Positions 11,561 through 22,303 of a stretch of DNA of 64,000 nt are shown one piece after another. The stretch spans positions 1,798,001 to 1,862,000 of the forward strand of contig JBLDXI010000020.1 of assembly GCA_047495785.1 (NCBI GenBank), read 5' to 3'. The DNA is from Lepidodermella squamata. Its lineage: Eukaryota; Animalia; Gastrotricha. Under the pieces are notes generated by a model. The model saw only the letters and a list, made by a program, of their open reading frames with translations, had not been told where the DNA came from and did not search any database. Each line of letters starts with the position of its first letter. Position 1 is the stretch's first letter. The position numbers and the translations under genes were made by a program.

Positions 11561-11968
11561 TCAACGACCCCAACTATTCGCCATCACATTGTACCAGACG
11601 GCTTGAACTTTTTCAGGGTTGATCTTGACGTTGCCCATCCCCGCCATTCCACTCGCCAGTTTACGAAGATTCTCAATGATTTTCTGGTTTTTGCGCTGAA
11701 TATCAGTTGGTGGCTGTGGTTGCCGAACGGAGAGCTTCTGTTCGATTTGTTGCAGCAATTGCTCCTTGTTGCTTGCCCGTGAAGCCGCTGATGCTAACGG
11801 AATTTTGTTCTGTAGCACAGACATGGTGTTTCTGGTTGCTCGGTGAACAAAATCAGTCTCGCTCTGCTTCAAATTTGCGTTTTGCGAGCCATCGTCGAAA
11901 AGTGGCGTTGTTTTTGTAAACGGGAGAAAAACGGCTGCTGAAGCGATGAATAACAAAAAATTCATCAT
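11561..11968 (-). CDS. Secreted prepropeptide, MIP/AstB-like W(X)7W-amide (WYNVMANSW-NH2)
   Basis: Signal peptide; terminal WGR; KIxPEKxQAV[WF]YNxMxNSWGR shared with 9719. Confidence 0.85.
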   Translation of the reverse strand: MMNFLLFIASAAVFLPFTKTTPLFDDGSQNANLKQSETDFVHRATRNTMSVLQNKIPLASAASRASNKEQLLQQIEQKLSVRQPQPPTDIQRKNQKIIENLRKLASGMAGMGNVKINPEKVQAVWYNVMANSWGR

Positions 11969-14662
11969 AAAATTCTAGATAAAATTCAGAAATTTTAAAA
12001 TTATTCTCAGCATAAAAATGAGGTTTAATCAAGCAATATTGTTGGCCATTTTGAAATATTAATTAATAAAGTAGAACGGGTATACGAGGAGGCCATCTCA
12101 CTTCCTATATTGATTAAAGACGGGCGAAGATGCGGGGGTAATAACATGGATTCAAGAAGCAGAAATTTAACTCAGGCATGCATATCAAAGACAGCATCGG
12201 TTTCAGGCTTCGATTAAAACATCATCTCCGATGATTTGTTCCCAATCGATAAATCGTCCTTTTGCTACTGCATACTATTCGCTACGATTGAAATTAGAAT
12301 TATAGGAGCAATGGTGACCCTCTATATATTTTTTAACTATAACATTTTTTAGCTCGGCTAATGTTTGGGCTAAAACATTTCGAATGTCATACGGCTCCAG
12401 ACGAGATTCAACGACTTGAGTGATGCCGCCTACTCTGATATTGAATTAACAAGCCAGGAATAATTGATTTATAATTGCAACACGTTTTTGGCGCTTGAAA
12501 AACCGGAACAAAAAGCACTTACCGTTCCCGACCTAATTTCGCGCAGTCGATGATACGATATACTTATAATTGACTATTTAATTAGACGAACATTAGCGGG
12601 GGAAAGTGGGGTGTGCTGAATTTCCAGGAAATCACAAGAGAATTGATGAAGTGGAACGATGATTGACTTTCCATATTCACTATGCCCTGGACCGATTTCT
12701 CAGGAAATTTCTCGGGAATTCCTAAGGTTTAGACCTCTTGCATGACCCTTCTTAACGGTGTTCCTATATCCTCCTAAAAAATGCGAAGCCATGAAAAGAA
12801 GGCTACTACTTTTCTACAAATGATGTTTTTACCAAGCGCGATCCCGAACTGTAGAAATCCCTAAACTGGAAATCGACTGGGTGTGTGAGAAAAAGTAATA
12901 AAATGTTAAGTGATGCATATTTATTATATAAGCGCGCGCATTATCTCATTGCGCAGCCTAATTTTTCGGAAGCCGCGAAATTCGCGCATTAGATAATAGA
13001 CCAGACAGATTACCCGTGGGTAATTGATCGGAGAAATTGACCGAGCCTGTGTTATATTTATTTAAAAAGAATCCGGTCTCGTTTTATTGTCCAAATGGCG
13101 ACCTTTTTATCGGCCTCGGATAAAGAGCATTTTACGTAAAAAAAAACAGAATATCTTTTAGCGGAACAAAATCTGCTTGTTGCGGAACCTAATTTTAGGT
13201 CGCTTTCCGAATATTTCTACGAATTTGAGGCAAATTATCAACTCTGTAGTAAAGGATGATTCTTATACAGAATTCTACGCTGAATTGTAGGATGATTTAT
13301 TATAAATTCATAAATTTATTATAGGTTTCAGGCCTATTGAATAATTAATTCAATGGAAATATGGAAAATTTGATTTCCCTTATGGCTGAATCAACTTTTT
13401 AAGACGGACTTTTTATTTTATTTTTTTTACGCTATTTTCATAGGGGTATGACCCTTTAACATCCCAAAAAGTGGCTCCAGATACTGCGCATGTAGGAATA
13501 GGATTACTCTATGGCTTGTTCGTTGTTCACAAGCAAAATAGCATAGTTGGGCACGAACCAGCAATTTTCGTTCGTTACAACAAAAGTTCGTTATATATGT
13601 GTCGTACCGTTATGAGCAATCCGCCCCAATTGGCAATTGGGTTACCTTAAAGAGAAATTGCTCTAAAAATCCACTTTTTAAGCAAATTAATAATTCCCTA
13701 AATAATTATTTCCCAAAACGATACATCGATGACCGATAATCGTGGTATTTTCAATTTATTCTCTACTTATTGTCACTTTTTGGCATTAATGGCTGGAAAT
13801 TTCAAATAATACTCAAATTTAAATTTTCTTAAAGGATGTCAACCCTAGCAGTTTCATTTGTGGTTCCCCAGTTCTATAGTATGTGATTCCCCTTGCTTGA
13901 ATTTTCAGATTCCTTTTTCCCACAGAAGTTTATCCTAGAGACTCTTTCAAGCTCCATGAGATACGATTGATGTGAACTATAGGGGGTTGGGTTTACTTTT
14001 TAGACTGATCAATTGCTTTAGATGACGAAATCAATCAGTCGGAACTAGGATCATTATCTTGAACCTTGAAGGTTCAGCAAAAGTTCCAGCTGCCAACTAT
14101 GACCTATTAGTCGGTTTTTGGCGCTTGAACTTCGGGAAAGCTTTCTTATATCTCTATCAACCCACCGAGTTAGAGATTTAATCAGTGAGCAACCTTTTTA
14201 GGCTACAGGAGGAAATATTCGGTGTTTCTAGATGCTGTCAATTATTGTCCTTAGCGGTATCTTAATATCTCCATCTAGGCATATTGCCTCATGGGTTATC
14301 CCAATTGCCTTTTGGGAGGATCGCCTAAAACGGTACGACATATGCAGAATCGTTCCTTATAACGATTCTTCAGTGTATATCGATCTAGAGACAACCACCT
14401 CAGTGACTCAGCTTGACTCGCCGTAGCCCAATTTTCCACGTACAGGACATTAGGATTTCCTCATACACTTTGACCTCGATATTTTATTATTCGATATAGA
14501 TATACCAATAAATAATAAATAATGTACCAATTACAATTGAACACCAAATTTCGTTGGCGAATAGCCAATAAAAAAGGATGTTACATGAAGTTAACGGCCC
14601 TCGTTTTTTTACATTAAATGGTACCAGAAATCTTTGTTTTTGTTGCCAACCAGATTATCTGC

Positions 14663-14959
14663 TTAATTGCCGAGCTTAGTTCGTAATGCGTTCATAAAAC
14701 CCGGTCGCAGCTGACCTGGCGCAATCCGGTTCGAACCTTCAGCTACCATTGCCAATTTGTGCTGCAAAAACGGCGAATTCGTTCTGTGAGAATTGAGGGA
14801 AGCATAGCGAGGCTGGTTTAAACCGATGGGCCGTGATAGTAACAGGTTACGTTGGGCTTCAGACCCTGAGACCCCAACAGAGTTCGACTCTGAATAGGGA
14901 AAACATAGGACGCCTTGAAGTAAAATCACGGCAACGAGAAAAACTTTTAATTCAGCCAT
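14663..14959 (-). pseudogene. Truncated duplicate of 15377-15793
   Basis: ATG at 14959; a deletion of about 39 bp and a TAA cut the ORF before the still visible ADNLVGNKNKDFWYHLM* tail. Confidence 0.7.
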
Positions 14960-15376
14960 GTCTCTGGGGAAAAATCTAAAATATCGATGAAAGGAGCAAT
15001 TTAAGAGCAGGAAGCCCATTGAAAACACCAAAATTTGTTCCACTGAAAGTAAGACCCAAAAACCTCTACTTTCTCGATTAATCTCCAAAAGCCTTGAAAA
15101 CTAAATCAAGATAGTTTCACAATGCCTTCAGTTCCGCAAAGCCCAAATTGTCTAAGATTTTTGACAAGTTTTTAGCTGCGAACACACCGATATGAAGCTG
15201 TAAAATGAAAATTATATTGAGCTAGAGACAACCACCACAGTGACTCAGCTTGACTTGCCGTGGCCACGCAGAGGAAATTACGAGTTCCTCACACTTTGAT
15301 CTCGTTATTTTATTAATCGATCGATGTACCGATACAACATTAGAGGATAAATTGTGTTGTGTTGGCAAAGAGGCTG

Positions 15377-15793
15377 TTACATGTTGTTAACAGCCCTTGT
15401 ATTTGCCATTAAATTGTACCACAAATCTTTGTTCTTGCTGCCGGCCAGATTATCTGCTTCCAGCTCCTCAGCCTGGTTTCTGTTACTAGCCGCCCCGATA
15501 TTGCCGATCTTAGTTCGTAGTCCCTTAATAAAACCCGGCCGTAGCTGACCTGGCGCAATCCGGTTCGAACCTTCAGCTACCATTGCCAATTTGTGCTGCA
15601 AAAGAGGCGAATTAGTCCTGTGAGAATTGAGGGAAGCATAGCGAGGCTGGTTCAAACCGAAAGGCCGTGATAGTAACAGGTTACGCTGGGTTTCAGACCC
15701 TGAGACCCCAACAGAATTTGACTCTGAATGAGGGAAACATAGGACACCTTGGAATAAAATCACAAGAGCAAGAAACACTTTAAATTCAGCCAT
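15377..15793 (-). CDS. Secreted prepropeptide, degenerate W-family member (LWYNLMANTRAVNNM, no amidation signal)
   Basis: ATG at 15793 (MAEFKVFLALVILFQGVLC); WYNLMAN matches 9719/11561 but SWGR is lost. Confidence 0.75.
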   Translation of the reverse strand: MAEFKVFLALVILFQGVLCFPHSESNSVGVSGSETQRNLLLSRPFGLNQPRYASLNSHRTNSPLLQHKLAMVAEGSNRIAPGQLRPGFIKGLRTKIGNIGAASNRNQAEELEADNLAGSKNKDLWYNLMANTRAVNNM

Positions 15794-16020
15794 ATCTCTG
15801 GGGAAAAAATCTAAAAAAAATTTCGATGAAAGGAACAGGAAGAGACAATTGAATTTCAAACAAGGACGATGGCTGATGCAATTTCCTAAATTAGCTGCAC
15901 ATGAATAGGCCCTTATAATATAGTTTTGGGAATTGTGGGTGAAAAATTGATTCATTTATTTTTCGTCTGGCTTCTAATTTAAGACATAATATTTGATTAT
16001 AGACATTTCAGAGTTTGCCA

Positions 16021-16305
16021 TCAGCCAAAAACTAGATCCCGCGCCTGGCCGTGATTGATGAGCCGCCGCATCGACTCCCACGAATACGATTTGTAGCCTC
16101 TAGGTGGCGTTGTTCGAAAGTAAACCCGTCGCCTGTTGCTCAGGCTGCCGCCTGGCCAGAAATTTTCATTGATAGCCATTGTTACAGGAACCATAACAAA
16201 CCCGCCGCCGCCTTCCATATCATCTTCAACGTTATTCCGCGAGAAGCCTGGATCAGTTTTGGCTAAGGGAACCACGAGGATGAAAATCAAAATAAATCGC
16301 AGCAT
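16021..16305 (-). CDS. Secreted prepropeptide yielding a ~33-aa amidated peptide VYFRT...HGQARDLVF-NH2
   Basis: Signal peptide, RRR cleavage site, terminal Gly-stop; paralogue of 8808-9047. Confidence 0.8.
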   Translation of the reverse strand: MLRFILIFILVVPLAKTDPGFSRNNVEDDMEGGGGFVMVPVTMAINENFWPGGSLSNRRRVYFRTTPPRGYKSYSWESMRRLINHGQARDLVFG

Positions 16306-16472
16306 ATTTTGAACTCAAGCCAATAAATGAGTCGAAAGCATTGACCAGTGACCACTCGTTCAATTTTACGGCTCGGAAAATTTCATTTCCTGATAAATCT
16401 GAAGTATATAAGATCGTTCAATTTGTTTATTTCTTTAAAAATGAAAAGATGGTGAATAATACAAATAATAAA

Positions 16473-16793
16473 TTATTTTCTGCCCCAACTATCGGCGATT
16501 TTATGCCATTTTTGAACGTCACCGCCGTTTTTCAGTAGTAGGCGGGCTTTTTGCGACGATTTTTGATCGCCAGTTGATTTGCGGCTGCTCATTTGATTGT
16601 TCGAATCGTTAACAAGACTTTGCAGGGCCTGGATGTTTTTCAAATCTTTCGATAAATTGTTGGCTCTTGTCGGGACAACCAATAACCGCGAACCTTCACA
16701 ACAGGTGTCGAGCGCCATGAAAATCGCAAAGAATCCTAATGCGTACGAAGTGGCGTGCATTGCATGAAGTTTAAAAATACCTAAAATTGACAT
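16473..16793 (-). CDS. Secreted prepropeptide, MIP-like W(X)6W-amide (WHKIADSW-NH2)
   Basis: Hydrophobic leader (start may be the Met at 16760); terminal WHKIADSWGRK. Confidence 0.85.
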   Translation of the reverse strand: MSILGIFKLHAMHATSYALGFFAIFMALDTCCEGSRLLVVPTRANNLSKDLKNIQALQSLVNDSNNQMSSRKSTGDQKSSQKARLLLKNGGDVQKWHKIADSWGRK

Positions 16794-17631
16794 AAAATTC
16801 TGGTAATTATATTTTGGGAAAATATCTCCTAATTAATTGGTAAATAGTGCAGTAGCATAATAGTTTTGAGTTTCAACTAATAGTTCCGCCCACTGTATTT
16901 TTCGCAAAAAAATAGGAATATTTGTATTTGGGTGTTTACCGATGTGACAATTACTATCGTCTGTTGACAATATTATTCAGTGGTCATTCGAATGAAATGC
17001 CATGACAGCCAAGTTGATCTGGGACGCTTTGAAGCCGATATAAAATAGGTCCGAAGATGCACACCTTTTATTTAAGGTTCTAGTACTAATTTTCCCGACT
17101 TTCCATCCTATAGGATTTTATATTTTAGCAACCAGGTACCCTCATGAATGTCTAATGTTATAATGCCGGCTCACTAGACTGGTGAAATCGGGAAAATCAC
17201 TGATTTTCAAAATCGATATTGGAAATCGATATCGGCTATGCGGGAAAAATACGCATGATAGTGATGAATTAAGATTCGCAGGAGATCGGGAAAACTCGAA
17301 AAGCTAGGAAGAAGTCTTGTACTGGAGCCTCAAATGTAGTGCTGGAACCCACGAAGTGTCAGGTTGCACTTACCCACGTCCTCTACAAAAAATGGCAGCC
17401 CGGTTCCGAAAGTGTAGGGGCGGCATCGGCTAGAATTTCGGACGCATTGAAACTTGTACCAAGATGTTTAATTCGATTTCTTTGGGACCTCTTTTTATAC
17501 TATTATCATAGTCAAATTTATGCATATCGAATTTTCACCATCTTTCATCTTGCGTGGAAAAAAGTACGAAACAACGCTAATTTTTATTATTTTAGCAACA
17601 TTAGCCAAAAATAAATTGACCGAAGTTGATA

Positions 17632-17985
17632 TTATTTTCGGCCCCAGCTGCTGCCGATCACGTGCCACATCGCGTTGTCGGCAGGCAAGTCGCCGTTTTG
17701 TTCCATCCACGCCGGCCATTTGCCATTGATTGATTGATGCACCAATAATTTCGGCGGTTGAACTTTGATTATTATAGCTGGCACCATAGGTCGGCGAGCA
17801 GAAGCTAGTCTCAAAGATTCGTTGTCATTTTCTGAAAAGATCGAAAGCTCCTGATCTTTTGCCGCATTTTCGATTTCACTGACAAGATATGCTTCGATTT
17901 TAGGTAAAAATGGCGCAGATCTGGTCATCGGCATTGCGAGAGAAATCAAAGAAATAGCGAATAATGATAATGATAATCGCTTCAT
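17632..17985 (-). CDS. Secreted prepropeptide, MIP-like W(X)6W-amide (WHVIGSSW-NH2)
   Basis: Signal peptide, RR site, terminal WGRK; recent duplicate of 18438-18797. Confidence 0.85.
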   Translation of the reverse strand: MKRLSLSLFAISLISLAMPMTRSAPFLPKIEAYLVSEIENAAKDQELSIFSENDNESLRLASARRPMVPAIIIKVQPPKLLVHQSINGKWPAWMEQNGDLPADNAMWHVIGSSWGRK

Positions 17986-18437
17986 TTGAAATGTGTGTAT
18001 TCTTTCAACTAAAATTCTCCAAGTTTTAGATGTTTATAGCTGGAAGTACATAAAGCTTGAATGTAGACTGTTTCGAATAAATTATTTGTCATATCCATTA
18101 TTTTCTGAAAGAGACCTATTTTTAATCGATATATAAAAAATTGTCGTTTTATTATAGCGCAACTTGTCCTCCACCTACTCAAGATTCCCATCTATATAAC
18201 CTTAATATAATACAGGGATTATAAACAATTAAAAATTCAAAAAATCGCCTGCTAAATTTGGGCGTGGTAAATTTGGACAATAAGTCATGTGATTCAATAT
18301 TCGACGCCTGTACAAGTTAGAACGGACGCACTCCTCGCACCTGTAATTTTGAGGACTCGGAAATTTCGAGTAAAAAGAACGCAGCGAACAAAAAACTCAT
18401 TTTTATTTGTGCGCTGTAATAATAATCGAACGCAATA

Positions 18438-18797
18438 TTATTTTCGGCCCCAGCTGCTGCCGATCACGTGCCACATCGCGTTGTCTTTGTTGTCGGCAGG
18501 CAAGTCGCCGTTTTGTGCCATCCACGCCGGCAATTTGCCATTGATGATTGACTGAGGCGCCATTAATTTCGGCGGTTGAATTTTGATTATTATAGCCGGC
18601 ACCATCGGTCGGCGAGCAGAAGCTACTCTCGAAGACTCGTTGTCATCTTCTGGAAACAGCGAGAGATATTTCGCCTCATTTTCGATGTCACTACTGACAA
18701 GATTTGCTTCGATTTTAGGTAAAACTGGGGCAGATCTGGTCATCGGCATTGCGAGAGAAATCAAAGAAATAGCGAATAAAAAGGACAATCGCTTCAT
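18438..18797 (-). CDS. Secreted prepropeptide, MIP-like W(X)6W-amide (WHVIGSSW-NH2)
   Basis: As 17632; upstream flanks are also duplicated (unit about 0.8 kb). Confidence 0.85.
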   Translation of the reverse strand: MKRLSFLFAISLISLAMPMTRSAPVLPKIEANLVSSDIENEAKYLSLFPEDDNESSRVASARRPMVPAIIIKIQPPKLMAPQSIINGKLPAWMAQNGDLPADNKDNAMWHVIGSSWGRK

Positions 18798-19173
18798 TTT
18801 ACTATAGATAATCTTTTTTCAACTACTATTAGTGATTATCAAGTCAGACGACTGTGTTTCCAATAAGATGAAGAGGCTGGGGAAGTCAGTTATTTGTAAT
18901 ATCCATTATTTTCTTGCACTCTGAGAAAAAATAATCGATATATTAAAAATTGTCATTTTATTATAAAGCGCAACTTGCCCGCCGCCTACTTAAGATTTCC
19001 AACTATAGCCGGTAATTTAATACAGTGATTAAACGATAAAAAATGTAGAGAAACAGCTATAATGTCGTACCAAAACGGAATTAATTACGCTAAGTAATTT
19101 TTCAAAGTGAGGAAGAATCGCATTAATCACAAGTCATCTCCAGAAATTCGTCATTTTCCTGGAAATTCTGAAT

Positions 19174-19473
19174 TTATTTTTTGCGGCCCCAACTGCCAGC
19201 AAATAAGTGCCACATAATGACATCTTTGCGCTCGAGGGGAGCAGTAGCGTGCTCAGATAATTTTCGACCTGCTTTATTGCGTCCAAATTTTATTTCGATC
19301 ACAGGTATCAAAGGTCGACCCGTCGCATTATTCAGGCCGCTGTGATATTGCTGCTTCAAAGCCGTATTTACCATTTCAACGAGCTGAGATTGCCGCTCGA
19401 AGTGACTGGTCGAAAAATCACATTTCAGTGATAAAATTAAAATTATGGAAATTAAATTCTTAAAATGCAACAT
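19174..19473 (-). CDS. Secreted prepropeptide, MIP-like W(X)6W-amide (DVIMWHLFAGSW-NH2)
   Basis: ATG at 19473, signal peptide, RK site before DVIMWH, terminal GRKK; RPLIPVIEIK resembles RPMVPAIIIK of 17632/18438. Confidence 0.85.
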   Translation of the reverse strand: MLHFKNLISIILILSLKCDFSTSHFERQSQLVEMVNTALKQQYHSGLNNATGRPLIPVIEIKFGRNKAGRKLSEHATAPLERKDVIMWHLFAGSWGRKK

Positions 19474-19689
19474 AATAATGAAATGTCCGGAGGGTATTTG
19501 TTTCAATTATTTTTGTACTTGAAATGGGTGCCCGTCAAGTTTCACATTTATTTTTGTCCAGCACAAATGTTTAGATAGACAAAATCGCTGCCAATATTTA
19601 CAGGTATCCATAGCCTGATTTTTTTATTGATTACTTCTTATTATCAAGTGTATAAAATGCCGTCGTTTAATAAATTTAATAAAACATTA

Positions 19690-20025
19690 TTAGCGGCCCC
19701 AACTGCCGGAAAAAACATGCCACATGATGACATCTGTCCGGTTTAGCGGCTTCATCCGCTCGCCATTCCTGTTTACAAGATAAGTCTCTGCTTTGCCAAG
19801 TTTTCGGCCGTTGTTGTTATTAATATTATTACTCGGCTGTTGTTTCGCGGCGAGTTGAGCGGCGGCTTTGTTCAATAATTGTTGCTTGACCTTCTCCAGC
19901 AGCAGAGGTCGTCGTTGCAGCAGTTTCTCGGCTGAATTTCGGTTCGAAACTGTGCCGTCGCAAATTTGCAGAATAACAACCCATAAAATTAACAGCAGCC
20001 AAAGCAGGCTATGATAATTTCTCAT
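19690..20025 (-). CDS. Secreted prepropeptide, MIP-like W(X)6W-amide (DVIMWHVFSGSW-NH2)
   Basis: ATG at 20025, Leu-rich signal peptide, terminal WGR. Confidence 0.85.
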   Translation of the reverse strand: MRNYHSLLWLLLILWVVILQICDGTVSNRNSAEKLLQRRPLLLEKVKQQLLNKAAAQLAAKQQPSNNINNNNGRKLGKAETYLVNRNGERMKPLNRTDVIMWHVFSGSWGR

Positions 20026-20972
20026 TGTAGACAAATTGATTTTCTAAATGAAAATCAAAAGCAGCAATAATTTTTCGGGGTTGATGATTAGTGATTTAAA
20101 TCTGCGGTAATGCGTGAAATAATCGAAACAACTAACAATCACATATTGCGACCGGATAATTGACGGCGGAATGAAAATCCCGTACTAAAACGGCAGCTGT
20201 ACCTATAAGGAAAATCGACTTTTATAGGTTTACGTGCTGTTGCGGAACAAATTTCGAGTGGACCTGGCGTCTATTTTTACGAAACGCCTACAGGTTTCAA
20301 CGCCAATTAATGTAATGCATTTCTACCACTCCTTAAAAATGTCGGCTAAAATAGGGGAATAAATCTTTTAATTTAAAATTAGGTACTAATTGTCGTCAGA
20401 ATTCGCCATGAGCCATGGAAATAATAGGAAAATTTTAATAAAATTATTAAACAATTACGAAAAACTGGTCTGTTCAAAAAGCGAAAAATCGAATTTTTTC
20501 GCCATATATCGCAGTCAGAGCTTCAACTATACTATTGACCCTATTTTACGACCCGTGGAGAAGTTATCATCCGAGCTTTATCACGGTCATCACGCGATCT
20601 TCTCCGCACATGATTATCCGCAATAATTGGGTAATAATCGAAAAAAAACAAATTGAGCCTGAGCCATATTATATCTTAAAAAATATTAATAATGACAAAT
20701 TTGAAGCTTTCAGGGTTTGCGGGGCGGGACATCAAGAGTAAGATTTTGTCTACATCTGAAATTTTCATTAATTATATATTGATCATTTCCTCGTGGGAGT
20801 TCCCCATCATTTTTCTTTCGCCATTTTTTCGAAGATGCGGGACACGAAACAGAGGTTGGAAATGTATTCAAAAATTTATTATTCACTACAAAATAATTAG
20901 AAATATAATAGTATGGTGGACACATGTATCATCCAGTCAAAACAACTCTCATTTCCGAATTTCGTTCCAGTT

Positions 20973-21230
20973 TTACTTCTTGCCCCAAGTTTCCGCCAAA
21001 CTGTGCCAGCGTTCGTTAGTATTCTGCACATTGGCGATCTTCTGGCGGCCAGCGCGGGCGACAAGTCGTGGAGCCTCGAAAACAATGCTATCACCGCCGT
21101 CGCTTACAACAAGAGCGTCGTTATCTTCATCGAACAGAACAGACCGTTTTGATGGGTTAGCGTTTGCCATTGAAATTATGACGAAAATTGAGGCAAGCCC
21201 CAGAGTCACTAGAAGAGTCGACGAAGCCAT
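20973..21230 (-). CDS. Secreted prepropeptide, MIP-like W(X)6W-amide (WHSLAETW-NH2)
   Basis: Signal peptide, KR site, R-WHSLAETW-GKK; the most canonical MIP-like member. Confidence 0.85.
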   Translation of the reverse strand: MASSTLLVTLGLASIFVIISMANANPSKRSVLFDEDNDALVVSDGGDSIVFEAPRLVARAGRQKIANVQNTNERWHSLAETWGKK

Positions 21231-22303
21231 TTTCGCTTTAATAATAAAAAATCTAAAAAAATTGAAAAATTATTGAAAAAAACAAGCGTGAAAAATAGGA
21301 ACGTTCCAAGCGATATTAACGATTTTTTAAGTGGGATTTTTTTAGCAATGACCCTCAAGTTATCGAATGAAAGAGTGGCAAAAAAACTAAAGAGGGGGCT
21401 CGATTTTATTTCCCTGGAGATTATACAACGCCGTTATCGTTTATATATAGGGTATATCGGAACGCCAAATCGGCTTTTTTGTGCCATTTAGCAAATAAAC
21501 GCCTCCTTCTGCCGATGTCTGAATAGGAAAATTAAATAAGGATGGATATATCGTTTAATCAAAGTTGACGCGTCTAAATATTAACATTATATTTAAACCC
21601 TCTATTTATATTTACTCATTCCTATTATGCGGCGTGGTATATGATAATGAGGGCAACAAAAATATTTAAAAAAGCGCGTTAAAAAAATCGGCCAGTTTAA
21701 CCTTCAAATATGGGAAATATATACCCCAAAACTGATTATCATGGATACGTCAATTTTCATCACAAGATTACTCGGTATAAATCTGGCTTATCGATTATGA
21801 CGATTAAACTGTTTCTAAGACTTCAATAGGTGATCAATACTATAGCACCGGGCATAGGCTTAAACCGCCTCTTGAGGGTGGGTCTTGTTTCTTCCGCCTG
21901 GTAATTGCGCTATCGAGTTAATAATATAGTCTGCAAAATACAATGCAAGGTGTGGTTGGTAATGAGGTTCACACCTTGCACGCAAAAAAGTAGGATTAAT
22001 TGAGAAAAAAACAACACAAAATTTGGCAAAAGTTCGAGAAATTTTCAAAAGTGCCAATCGACCTGCTGATTTGCGCGCCAGCAATCATTCAATTAAGGTG
22101 AGAGCAATAATTATTTATGCAGCACTGGCGGGGGTGTATAACGAACATTTGTCGGAGGGGGTGTCTGGGCTGTCTGTTAAATCACGAGGTTGTTTTTTTC
22201 AAATTTAAAAATATCTGCAGCAGGCATGTTTTTACTTCCACATCTCTGTCCGAGTTTTACAACGCAACGACTTGATTTAAAAAAAAAGTCAGAAAAATAG
22301 TGT

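Larger units (their letters stand above)
14384..15835. repeat. Tandem duplication, unit about 0.84 kb
   Basis: CTAGAGACAACCAC.CAGTGACTCAGCTTGACT at about 14384 and 15222, plus near-identical coding regions. Confidence 0.8.

Noticed and set aside
12000-14380. Further peptide genes in the gap within the array
   Set aside because: No signal-peptide ORF was recognised; it appears to be AT-rich intergenic or decayed repeat DNA.
14960-15955. Long N-terminal extensions in the ORF-track calls (also at 5513, 9582, 23869, 25196 and 40121)
   Set aside because: These rely on upstream or non-ATG starts; paralogue alignment and signal peptides point to the downstream ATGs used here.
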